Below are positions 21,081 through 33,925 of a stretch of 64,000 bases of DNA, in pieces. The translations under genes were made by a program, and so were the position numbers. The notes beneath the pieces were generated by a model. The model was given only the letters and a program-made list of their open reading frames with translations. It made no database searches and was not told the origin of the DNA. Positions within the stretch are counted from its first letter, which is position 1. Every line of letters starts with the position of its first letter. Source of the stretch: Azolla caroliniana (taxonomy: Eukaryota > Plantae > Polypodiophyta); assembly GCA_043228905.1 (NCBI GenBank), contig JBHGNT010000013.1, forward strand, positions 9,672,001 to 9,736,000. Direction: 5' to 3'.

Positions 21081-24000
21081 ATGGCTCAAATTAACGACCC
21101 GATGTCATCCGCTCAAGCAGAAGGAACTCAAGGGAATCCTCCTGGGCAAATGTCCACTGAGATGTATTTGGCACAAATAACCCAATACCTTAGTTTCACC
21201 GCTCAACAAATGACCGAACTTCGGCAATCTCAGAGTGCTCTTGAGGCACGTGTCATTAGTCTACAACATGAGACTAATAGACCTGATGAGCGACAAGGTG
21301 AACCATCATTTGTCGTTAAGCCATTTACGGGAGACAAAAAGGAAAGAACCGAAGAAGCAATCTGCACATGGCTAGGACGATGGGAGTCTCCTTTTGAGCT
21401 CTATCCCACGCGTGGGCTCCGTACTATGGGGAAATTGCCCGATACCTGGACAGATTTTGTCACGGTTTTTAAGGGCCAATTTCTGCAACCTCCCTCTCGA
21501 ACTGAGGCCGCACAAGCTTTAATGAACCTCTCTAGCAGGAAATTTTCCTCACTAGAAGACTATGTTCACCATGCTAGAACCCAAATCCAAAAATCGGGTC
21601 TAGAAGGGGACAATTGGTTGATAGCTTGTTTTGTCAATGGCATCCCCAATTCGGACTATCACTGGATAGTGCACGATAAGGATCCAAAATCCTTCGAAGA
21701 GGCCGTTGAAATAGTTCTTTGCTATCAACGCACTTTGAAGAAGGACCACAACAAACCCAACGAAGTGCTCGGGACTAAGCAGTCGCAATTCGTTGGGAAA
21801 CACAAGACACCCAATGAATTCATGGATCGCGATTGTAAGCGACAACATCCTTTTTGCGTATTCTGCAAAAAGAAGGGTCATACAAAAGATCAATGTCGAA
21901 AGCTCCAACGGAAAGAGCACGACAACAAAGCTAAAGTTGCAGACCATAAAGGTCAGATCCCTAATGTCCTTCAGGTCTATACACATCATTTAAGTAATTG
22001 TCAATGTTCTTTCCCTCATTATGTATTGGGTCCCAATGATTTACTACGTGCAAACGGGTATATCAATGGATCTCCCGTACAATTTTTATTTGATTCGGGA
22101 AGCTCACACAATTTTATGAATGATCGTTTGGTTCAGATATGGGGAATCCAACCCACCGTAAGTGATCACACCTACACGGTGCACTTGGTTGATGGAAGAG
22201 TACAATACATCAACGGGACGATTCATTCATTAGGAATTTCTATTGATACTTATATAGAAGAAGTAGACTTCCATGTAATGAATCTTTGTACCACCGATGT
22301 AATATTGGGTTATCCCTGGTTTTATAATAAAAACTCTTCTTTATTTATTGATTGGGTTCGCCATTCCATTTATTTTGTACTGAACGATTGTACGCATTTT
22401 ATTCAATATGTAAAAAAACAATCCCTCTCGATTGTTTCCTCGTGTCCATCAATATCCGAGTTGTCTTGTTCTACGTTATTTTATTGTGTACTTGATCCGG
22501 ACATTCACGTTTACAATATCGATAATGTCCCGGTTCAATTAACATATTTTGAACAACAACAACTTGATGAAATCTTAAATGATTTTCATGATGTTTTTCC
22601 AAGTGAACTACCTGATGGGTTACCTCCTAAACGTAATATAGACCATCGTATAGATATTGTACCTGGTGTTGCACCAATAAGTATACCTCCGTATCGCTTA
22701 AGTTGATCCGAAGAAGATGAGGTATCTAAGCAACTCAAGGACTTTTTACGAATGGGTTATATACGTTATAGTAAATCTCCATGGGGTGCACCAATTCTCT
22801 TGGTTAAAAAGAAAGAGGGCACATGGCGTATGTGTATTAATTACCGACGCTTGAATAAAGTGACGATCAAGAATTTGTACCCATTGCCCCGGGCTGACGA
22901 TCTAATTGACCGTCTCCAAGGAGCTTGGTATTTTACGAAACTTGATCTCCGTACTGGCTACCATCAAATACGAATAAGTGAGGACGATGTTCCTAAAACG
23001 GCATTTCGTACGCGCTATGGCCATTGCGAGTTTTTGGTTATGCCTCTTGGTTTGACCAATGCTCCGGCTACTTTTCAACAAGAAATGAATGACATTTTCC
23101 GTGAACAACTTGGAAAATTTGTCGTTATTTTCTTGGATGATATTTTAGTTTATAGTCGTACATTACAAGAACATGCTAGACATGTCCGCTTTGTTTTACA
23201 AACATTGCGTGACAAACAGTTTTATGCGAAGATCTCAAAATGTGAGTTCTTCAAGAAATCAATTACTTATCTTGGACATCTCATAACCGAACGAGGAGTT
23301 GAAATTGATCCTTCTCGCATTGAGAAAATCAAGCTTTGGCCCACTCTTCGGAATATTCGAGAAGTTCGATCATTCCTTGGTTTTGTCGGGTTTTTGCGAA
23401 AGTCTCTTCGTAATTACTCCCAATTGACGACGCCGTTTACTGATCTTTTAAAAGGTCAAATGCGTAAGTCTACAAAACCTATTGTGTCGAATGCTACACT
23501 AGACCTCGCCTTTAAGGAACTCAAGGACCTGGTTTGAAGGGCTCCTTCACTTCTTTTACCTGATCCTTTAAAACCTTTTGAGGTTGAAACCGATGCAAGC
23601 GATTATGGTATAGGTGTTGTCTTGTATCAAGATGGTAAACCAATAGCATTCGAGAGTAAGAAACTTGATTATGCTCAATGTCGGTATACCGTTCAAGAAA
23701 AGGAATTATTTGCAGTTATACATGCGCTCAAAACATGGCGCCATTATCTTTATGGAAATCGCTTTGTGGTAACTACAGACCACGAGTCCTTGAAATATTT
23801 TTGTGACCAACAAGACCTGAAAGGTCGTAAGGCACGATGGGCTGATCTCATCCAGGACTTTGATTTTTCCATACGATATCGTAAAGGTTCCATGAACACT
23901 GTCGCTGATGCACTAAGTCGCATCCATGAAGTTAACATGCTTAGCTTCACTGAAATAACATCATATCTTTATGATCACCTTCGAGGAAAGTATCCTAATG

Positions 24001-25487
24001 ACAGTTATTTTGCAAAATATTGGGCAAGAGTTGAGTCTGGAACAGACATCACCACATCCTCGAAGGAATACTTCCACATTGCTAACGGTTTGCTCTACCG
24101 TAATGGGAAGGTTTGTGTTCCAGATTTACCCGAGGTCAAAAAGAGGATTCTTTTTGAATGCCATGATGCACCCTCAGCAGGGCACCCTGGAATACATCGT
24201 ACACTCGTTCTCATCTCCACTCAATTTTATTGGCCTAAGATGCGTCGTGACATACATAGCTATGTGACTAAATGTCACCAGTGTCAAGTTAACAAAGCCG
24301 AGCGACTTAAAGCCGCAGGACTTTTACATCCCTTGGACATTCCCAATAATAAGTGGGAAAGTATATCCATGGATTTTATTGTTAGCCTTCCTCGCACCCA
24401 GAAATGTCATGATGCCATCTGGGTTGTCGTTGATCGACTAACTAAAATGGCCAGATTTATTGCTACTAAAACCACAATAACAGCTCCTGAATTGGCTTAC
24501 CAATTCATTGACGAATTGTTTCGTTTTTATGGGTTACCGATGGATATCGTGAGTGATCGAGATCCAAAGTTTACTAGTGACTTCTCGACGCAAGTCTTTA
24601 AGAAGTTAGAAACTACGTTGAGCATGAGCTCCACGGATCATCCTCAATCTGATGGACAGACAGAACGAGTAAATCAAATTATTGAGGACATGCTTCGAGC
24701 ATACGTTGGTGCAAAACCAACAAAATGGGAACGTTATCTCCCAATTTTGGAGTTTGCTTATAACAGCTCCAAGCATACGTCGACGGGATATAGTCCTTTT
24801 ATGTTGATGTATGGTTTTCAGCCATAAGCCCCAATTGATGTTAATATACATCATGATGAGTTGCGAAGTACGCAAAACTTTCATCGGGATATGCAAGATA
24901 TGTTGCATATTGCACGAGATAATATAAAAACAGCTCAAGATAGAGCGCGTTTTTATGCCGATCATCATAGGCAACCTCGTGTCTTCAACCCTGGACAGAA
25001 GGTATTTTTACGTGTACCTCACAATTCTAAGACATTGTCTACGGGTAAGTGCGCTAAGTTAGCCCCACGGTTTTGTGGACCTTTTACAGTCCTCAAACGC
25101 ATTGGGTCATCAGTCTATCGTCTTGCTCTTCCCGATGGTGTTGGAATTCATCCAGTCTTCCATGTGAGTCGTCTAAAAGAACTTCTAGGTTCTAGCGACA
25201 ATACAATTACAACTGAAACTCTGGTTACTTCTGAAGAATTATCTTCTAAACCACATGTACCAAAAAGAATTCTCGATGTTAAAACAAAAAAATTACGTAC
25301 TAAAGAAATCCGAGAATTTAAAATAAAATGGATGGATAAATCAATAAAAGATGCCACATGGGAACGCGAAAATACTCTTAGAACTAATTTCCCTAACTTT
25401 CCATTGCAAGAGTGCAATGTTTTAAAGAGGGGGGGAGTATGTTACGGGCATGACCATTTAATATCCCGTGGTGAGAATTTACTGTAG
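21081..25487 (+). pseudogene. Element B single-frame gag-pol (CCHC, PR FDSGS, RT FLDD, RH, INT, group II-like chromodomain) broken by three stop codons; ORF runs into the 3' LTR
   Basis: ORFs 21081, 22752, 23622 and 24861 are all in the same frame. Confidence 0.95.
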
Positions 25488-25901
25488 TATTCTATACACG
25501 TGGATAAGTGTGAGGGTTAAACGAGAGTGTAAAGAAGGGGAGGATTACTTTTAATCCTCGGGATTGAGACAACCCATTAGGTCAAGTGTGAACTTGCCTG
25601 GGGGGCCTTGGGTATCGCTATAAATAAGAGGCCTAGCTACCCTCATTTGATCATCTTTTTTACTACATCGAGACTCTGCTCTTGTGGTGGGTCAACTCTT
25701 GTAGCGAGCGCACCAACACCAGGTACGACTCGACGCCACGGCGGTGGTATGGGACGCCGATCGAGGCTCGAGTCCGTCTCGATCCCTTCGCTCGGGGGTG
25801 GTCGGGTGGATCGGCACCCTTCTTTCTCTTTCTCCTTTCTATCTATCATTTGTTTATCCTTATCTTAAGCTTACTTTAGTACTTAGATCTCTAATACAAA
25901 G

Positions 25902-28900
25902 GATACATGCCGTCGTCTTGAGAGGAAGTCAATAAACACCCCTCCTCAAGACAAATCTACAAGTCACACAGGTGAGTCTTTTGATGTTGTTGAAGTTCAT
26001 ACCAACCATTTAAGTTCATGTGAATGCACTTTTCCTTCACATTTACTTGGACCTAATGATTTACTCCGAGCAGTCGGGTATATCAATGGAACACAAGCAC
26101 ATTTCTTGTTTGATTCCAGTAGTTCTCACAATTTTCTTAATGATCACTTTGTGCAGCAAATGGAACTCCACATAAACGCAAGTGATCATATCTATCAAGT
26201 TCACATGGCAAATGGAAGTGTTCAATACATCAATGGCATTGTTTGTCAACTGCCAACTCAAATAGATACCTATTTGGAGAAGCTTGACTTTCATGTTATG
26301 AAACTAAAATCCGCAGATGTCATTTTAGGATACCCTTGGTTTTTTAATAAAAACCCTTCTTTGTCCATTGATTGGGTTAATCACTCAATCACATTTGAAC
26401 TTAATAATTGTAAACATTTTATTCAATGTTCCAAACTTCCTTCTCGTTCACTTGTGTCTTCTAAATCTTTAAGTGAGTATTCAAGTTCATTAATTTATTC
26501 GTGTGTTGTTGATCCTGTGCTTCAATTTTATTATTTTAATATTGACGCCACACAATTACCACATTATGAACAACGATTACTCCACTCTATTTTAGACGAT
26601 TTTCAAGACGTGTTTCCTAACAAATTGCCACTTACTTTACCACCAAAACGTAATGTGGACCATCAAATTGAACTCATTCCTGGTGTTGCTCATGTGAGCA
26701 TTCCATCTTACTAACTTAGTCTATTAGAAGAGGATGAGATCGCTAAACAACTTAAGGAATACTTGAGTATGGGCCACATTAGGTATAGTAAATCACCTTG
26801 GGGTGCGCCAGTTCTATCGGTTAAGAAGAAGGAAGTTTCATGGCGAATGTGTATCAATTATCGCCGTTTGCATAAAATGACAATTAAAAATGCATATCCG
26901 TTACCTCGTGCCAATGATTTGATTGATCGTTTGCATGGGGCCCGATATTTTACGAAAATTGACTTACGGAGAGGTTACCATCATATTAGCATTGCCGAGG
27001 ATGATATTCCTAAAACCGCTTTTCGTACGCGCTATGGCCACTATGAGTTTTTAGTCATGCCTTTCGGGTTGACTAATGCTCTAGCCACATTCCAACAAGC
27101 GATGAATGACGTTTTCCGAGATCAACTCGGTGATTTTGTTGTCATCTTCTTGGATGATATTTTGATATATAGTTGTACCTTGCAAGATCATGTTCAACAT
27201 GTTCAATTTGTTTTGCAAAAGTTGCGTGACAACTCTTTCTATGCAAAACATTCAAAATGTAATTTTTTCCAAAAGTCTAGTGTGTACCTAGGTCATTTAA
27301 TTACAGAAAATGGTGTTGAAATTGAACCTTCTCGTATTGAAAAGGTTAAACTTTGGCCCATTCCTCGTAATATTCGTGAATTGTGATCATTCTTAGGGTT
27401 TGTTGGATTTTTACGAAAATCAATTCGTAACTATTCCAAATGGACTACGCCATTAACTGACCTTTTAAAAGGTCATCCACGTAAGTCTGTCAAACCAATT
27501 GCATGGAATGAACAACTTGACAAATCATTTAAGACACTCAAAGAGCATGTGTGTCTGGCTCCCGCTCTTCTATTACTGGACCCTTCTAAGCCTTTCTCAA
27601 TTGAAACTGATGCCAGTGATTATGCTATTGGTGTCGTTCTTTATCAATGTGGTCACCCTATTGCTTTTGAAAGTAAGAAGCTTGATGCTACTCAATCTCG
27701 GTATTCAGTTCAAGAGAAAGAGTTGTTTGCGGTAACACATGCACTTAAAACATGGAGGCACTATCTCTATGGAAATAAATTTGTGGTTACAACAGACCAT
27801 CAATCATTGAAGTATTTTTGTGACCAGCCAGATCTTGTTGGTCATAAAGGCCGTTGCGTTGACCTTATGCAAGATTTTGATTTTTCCATACGGTATCGCA
27901 AGGGTTCTATGAACACTGTTGTGGATGCTCTTAGTCGCATTAACGAAGTTAACACGCTTAGCTTCATGGAAATAAAATCTAATCTGTTAGATCACCTTCG
28001 AGGGAAATACCTTGATGACAGTTATTTTTTGAAATACTGGACAAAAGCCGAATCTGGTTTAGATGCTGATACTAGCACCCTACCCTCGAAGGCGACCTTT
28101 CACATTAGAAATAGTTTGCTCTACCGTAGTGGAAAGGTTTGTGTTCCAGATTTACCAAACGTAAAACAGAAAATTCTTCATGAATGTCATGATGCACCAT
28201 CTGCTGGTCATCCTGGAATACAATGCACACTCGTTCTCATCTCGAGTACTTTTTTCTGGCCTAAGATGCACTCTAACATGCATAAATACGTAACTCAATT
28301 CTTACAATGTCAGATTAATAAGTCAGAACGACTTAAAGCTATGGGTCTTTTACATCCCTTAGATATGCCCAACAACAAATGGGAAAGTATCTCGATGGAT
28401 TTTATTGTTAGTTTACCTTGTACACAGAGGGGTCATGATGCCATCTAGGTTGTCATTTACAGACTAACAAAATTGGCTAGATTTATTCCTACCAAAACCA
28501 CGGTAACCGCTCAACAATTGGCTTATCAATTTGTTGATGAGTTATTTCGTTTTTATGGATTACCAATGGATATTGTTAGTGATCGATATTCCAAGTTTAC
28601 TAGTGACTTTTGGATTCAAGTCTTTAAGAAACTAGAAACTACGTTGAGCATGAGTTCTGCAAATCATCCTCAGTCTGATGGACAAACTGAATGAGTTAAT
28701 CAAATTATTCAGGACATTCTTCGAGCTTATGTAGCAAAAACCCCTTCTAAGTGGGAGCAATACCTTCCTATCTTAGAATTTGCCTATAATAGCTCTAAAC
28801 ATACATCCGCTGGATATAGTCCTTTTATGTTGATGTATGGTTTTCAGCCACGTGCCCCAGTTGATGTCACGATTCATCGTGATACATTAGACAGTACAAG

Positions 28901-29900
28901 CAATTTTTTGCAAGACATGAACCAAATGTTGCATATTGCCAAAGAGAATGTCAAGACAGCTCAAGATCATGCTCGATTTTATGTTGATCAGGATAGACGT
29001 CCTCGTGCATTTACTATTGGTCAAAAAGTTTTTTTGCATGTCCCTATTGACTCTACGTCATTGTCTACGGGAAAGTGCGCTAAGTTAGCCCCACGATATT
29101 GTGGCCCATTTGAAATCCTTAAGCGGATTGGGTCATCTGCTTATCACCTTGCCTTACCCCGTAACGTTGGTATTCATCCTATTTTTCACGTTAGTCTATT
29201 GTTAAGAATTAGGTAAGTAATTAAGGGTTAATTAGTACCTAATTATGTGATTAGTTGATAAGCAGAAGATTATGTGATATGTGTGTGTATGTGTGTGAGA
29301 GGAAGAGAGAGAGGAGAGATATGAACAACACAAGATGGGGGATGAGTAAACTAGAGTGTATATTATAAAACATCATCATCAAATACAAAACTACCATCAA
29401 TGAGGTATATATAGATCTCATGTGCAAGGGTGCACATGTGTGAGGAGAATATAGGTACAATCGTGTAAGTCCTATATTAAATGACCTTGGGAGTGGAGGA
29501 TCTAGAATATCCTACTTAAGTACAAGGTCCTATTTAAGTCGTTATAGTCAACACTTCTAACTAGATTCTATCTAGGTAACTACGAAGTTACATGGTTGAC
29601 TAACTAACTAAACTAAGTTGAGCTTGATCTCTCAACAGTTGTCTAAAACCATAGGCTCTGGTGATAACACCATCACAATCCAAGATCTTGTAACATTAGA
29701 GGATTTTTCTTACAAACCTCATGTTCCTGAACAAATTCTTGATTCTCATACTTAAACGTGTTCTAAAGAGATTCGGCTATTCAAGATCAAATGGATGGAT
29801 AAACCTATTGATGATGCCACATGGGAACACGAGCATACTCTTAGGGCACAATTTCCTCACTTTATATTGCAAGAGTGCAATCTTTTGAAGTAGGGGAGTA
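25902..29900 (+). pseudogene. pol: Element A gag end and pol (PR, RT FLDD, RH, INT, chromodomain-like) with several stops
   Basis: ORFs 26106, 26763, 27549, 28473 and 28827 are collinear with element B pol. Confidence 0.92.
29200..29637 (-). mobile_element. Copia-type solo LTR inserted in the element A integrase C-terminus
   Basis: TGTTAAGAAT...GAGCTTGATCTCTCAACA interrupts the HPIFHVS/LK motif. No clean TSD. Confidence 0.75.
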
Positions 29901-30699
29901 TGTTATGTACACATAACGTTGGTGAGGGTAGGTCACCAATATTTACATTAGTGAAGGGTATGGTCACTAATGTTAAAAAGGGGACTAATGATTGGATAGA
30001 AGGAATGATAAGTGCATGCACTATCATGATTTGGACAACCAATGAATGGAGAGCCTTTTAGAAAGGCACATCTATTCAAGGGGTCTAGGAAAAGGTATAA
30101 ATATGAGGCTTAGCTACCCTCATAATCACATTACGTCGGAAGGTTGTTGTCTTAAACACAGGTGGTACGGGCTAGGCTTTTGTCTCGACGATCATGTTTA
30201 TCTCTTCCAAGGTATTAGTCATCCTAATATCTGGCGGTATGGGACATCGGTGGTAGGTTGGTTATGTCTAGATCATAGCTCGGGGGTGGTCGGGTGGAAC
30301 GGGTTCTTCTATCCATTCTATTTTCCTTCTTTTACTTTAGTTTGGTCTATTGATTAGTAATAGACTCTTAACAATTATATATCTAGGATGTAGGTAGGAC
30401 TGAACATTTCTTCAATATTAGGTTTTTCCTTTTTTATTAACAATTAGGAAAATATTGTTATTTTGAAGTAAAACAAAGCTATCATTTATGGGTTAACCAA
30501 GATCTTCTTTTTTTTCCAAAAAAAAGATACTACACTAGTATTAGAAAATGCCATAAGGCTAAACATACAAGATATACCACTGATCCCCTATGTTTTTCTA
30601 AATTCTAACCATCGGCTTAAATAAACACTTTGGTGTTGAGTAGAACTACTCCACCTTATCAAAACGTCGTCTATAAAATATATCTATGTCCTAAATGGC

Positions 30700-31990
30700 A
30701 TGAAACTCCACAAGCCTAAGCTCCGCTTGATGCATATTACCTTTTATACTATCCAAAATCCCTCTAAGATGTTATAACGTGATGTTATAGTTTTTCTAGA
30801 TCATGTCAGGGACAATTACAACGATTGGCAGAAAATTATTTGTGGGCTAGCAATGAGGAAGACATGCAATGGCAAAGGTTTCTTGGTCCATTGCAACATT
30901 AGAGAGAATTACGGATTGTTGATCCATTGCAACAATCCAAAGAATGCTTGTAAACCGGTGATCAAGGAATTAATGCTAGGGCCAAAACCTTGGTAGTGAA
31001 TGTTAGTTTACAAATTGCAAAAATTATTTCCCGAAAATGGTGGAGATTGGAAACCAAGTATTTGATGGAGTTTTATGGAAGACAACCAAATTGCGATTTC
31101 TACCAAATGGAAAGATAGATTTGCTTGAGTTGTCATGACTTCATGGAAGGATGTCTCTTTGGATTGGTCAAGTCTTGATTTGGACAACATTTGATTTCGA
31201 AACTGATCTTCATTGACTATAGGGGACATATGCTTGGATGGCATACAAGGTGGGGATGGTACAATTGGGTTGGCGATTGACACAATCTGTATGTAGGTGA
31301 TTGGAGAAATGTTTTCTCATCATCGACATATCAAAGAACCGTAGTGCTTACTAAGACGATGGGAGGAATGAGAATGTTTTCTGTGATACAAAACAACTTT
31401 TATAATGCATATAGGCACTTTGGAACTTCTACAAATAAGTAGATAGGTTTCTTTACTCTATTGGATGTTGTGATTGGAGTATGGGCATATATTAGAGAAT
31501 AAGGTTTTATGATTTTTTATGCAAATGATGATGATGGTCAATTATCGTACAAACACACACGCACAAATGGGTTGTATTTTTGTTGTTTACAAAAAGAGAG
31601 GAGGATGGTTATAAATGATGGATTGAATTGGTTCTTAGATCCAAATCCACAAACGGTGAATCTTTTATGGACGTTTTGGATTATAAAGGAATCTAGACGA
31701 TGTCTTGGTTAACATGGGATCCTAGAGAACTTTATTGGAAAGTGCCAGTTCAAGATCAAAGAACACAGGTGCACTTTTTCAATATTTCTCGAAGATTGGA
31801 AGGGAAATATATGTGATAGGTTGAGGAAGAAACCAAATGTGAATTTTTTTGGAGAATCGGATGTATTCCCCCAAATTATGGATTTATTTGGAAGAAATTA
31901 CAAGATATACCATTGTTGAATGGATCTTTGCCAATGAAAGTAAATGATGCTCCTTGGGGTAGATTAAAGGATGGTACATGCTTGTTACAA
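30700..31990 (+). mobile_element. Probable highly decayed L1-type LINE 3' remnant
   Basis: Fragment reading LQRLAENYLWASNEE..AKVSWS resembles the post-RT region of plant L1 ORF2. Boundaries approximate. Confidence 0.35.
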
Positions 31991-33437
31991 GTCACCACAA
32001 ATATAGTCTATCATCATGCAATGGCCTCATTGTCTTGGTTATCTATCACCTATAGCAAAAAATGTGAGACATGTATGTAAGTCAAATGCAAGGTGGTGAC
32101 AAATATTGCAACATGGTTGGTTTTAGAGACTAACCATAATAAATCAAATAAAGGAAAGAGGGGTGATAGACCACTTGACTAGCCCCTAGTGACGACATGC
32201 GAAGGACCTAAATCTCTTCAATGTTTCAATGTCCCGTACCTTGGGATTTTTAAGAATCAAGTTCAGCTAACAAGAGCTATTGCCACACTAACATGTCACA
32301 TAGTCACAACATGGATCAAGCTTCCTTAATAAGAAGGTAGCTAGCCTTCTTATATAGGTTGAAACCCTAGGCTTTGGTGTATTCGCACACTTGACTATTT
32401 CATGTGAAGTGATGAGACACTTAGTAGTTGACCTCATACTGTAGAATTGTAACTCAATTGATCAACCCTCATTTCTTTTAGAATTAACCCACATATACTC
32501 ATAATAAGATTAGGATAAACTACATAAAAACCTATGTCATGATCATTTATGGGTAGGCGCGTATGACTTGGTATTCCCACTTGCCATTTCATGTAAAGGT
32601 ATTCATATAGAGAGTCATGATTGATGGGCTCCCATTAGGTTTAATGATAAGGAGACGAGAACTCAAATATGGTGCATGCTTCTTTTGCCCTATTCCATTG
32701 GAAGACATCACACATAGGTTCATTAAATTCCCTAAAGCTAATATCATTAATTTGGAAGTATTTTGTCAAAGATTTGGCAAGTGTTATCTTGTTGTTATTT
32801 AAAATGGTCCAAATGATGAGCCAAAGATATTGTTCCAAATGGTATGATATTAGGGGTTGCAACATGTTTGGAATATGCGTACTTCTTTCATGTTTGATGG
32901 TAGGCATGGGGGTGAAAACCTATGTTAAGAAGTTGAAAGGCATTCTCATGTGGATTTTTTGGATGTTGGAGCATGTTGGAGGGGATCATTTCTTCAAATG
33001 CATATTTAGGTTTTTGAATGGCTTTATAGGATGTCCATCTACCTAAATATTCAAGTAGAGAAGGCTAACAAGATGTAGCAAGGGGTTGCAATGATATTAA
33101 CATATGTAGTTGTGTGCTTTTACAAAAACAAATATGAGAGAGAGAGTAGGGCTAGAATCCAAGTGTGGTTGGTGTTGATTGCACGATAAATGAAAATGAG
33201 GTGTAGGATATTGCAATGTGAGTAAGAGTGTAGTTGCATGCTTGGGACACCTAAGGATGAAAGCACCTCACGAGATGGCGATTGATGTTGGGAAGACATG
33301 GAGGAAAGTGAATGACAAAGGTGTGTGTAGGAGGGGAGAGATGGAAGGCTGTGCGAAAAAGGGGGATCTATACAGAGAGGTAAAAGGAGAAGAAGAAAGT
33401 AGATGGCTAAGTGATTGGCCACGTTATAGTTAGTGTC

Positions 33438-33440
<3 letters not shown>

Positions 33441-33495
<55 letters not shown>
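33441..33495 (+). repeat. (GA)n microsatellite between two copies of a ~73-bp promoter segment
   Basis: Direct reading. Confidence 0.95.
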
Positions 33496-33499
<4 letters not shown>

Positions 33500-33925
33500 G
33501 GATGGTATGGAGCTATACAGAGAGGTAAAAAGAGAAGAAGAAAGTAGATGGCTAAGTGATTGGCCACGTTATAGTTAGTGTCCACACATAGAGAGAGATG
33601 ATGGATGGTATGGTATGGTATGGTAATGCATAAAGGTGTAGTAGGCCCCATCATTGACTCCACATCCCCAAAGAAATACATACATACATGTATGTACTCA
33701 CTCTGTACATACATGATTATGTATCCACACACACACACACACACACCCCACCAACAAATCGCCCACCAACATAAATTTGAATGTAAATACATACAACTGA
33801 ACAAACCATATACATACATACATACTTTACAAATTACAACCACAAGAGCGAGTTGAACTTGAGAGTGTAAGTAAAATATGTTATGTTATGTTAATGTAAT
33901 GAATGGTATGTATAATAAAAATACC

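Larger units (their letters stand above)
18943..25896 (+). mobile_element. Chromovirus element B, younger relative of A, with TG...TA LTR termini
   Basis: LTRs 18943-19398 and 25440-25896 differ at only a few positions. TSD CAAAG. PBS TGGTATCAGA at 19401. PPT AAAGAGGGGGGGAG. Confidence 0.97.
15925..30373 (+). mobile_element. Chromovirus element A (Ty3/Gypsy, tRNA-Met primed), decayed, hosting element B and a solo LTR
   Basis: LTRs 15925-16407 and 29901-30373. TSD ATTAT. PBS TGGTATTAGAGC at ~16409. PPT GAAGTAGGGGAG. gag starts at 18094; pol fragments 25902-29900. Confidence 0.95.
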
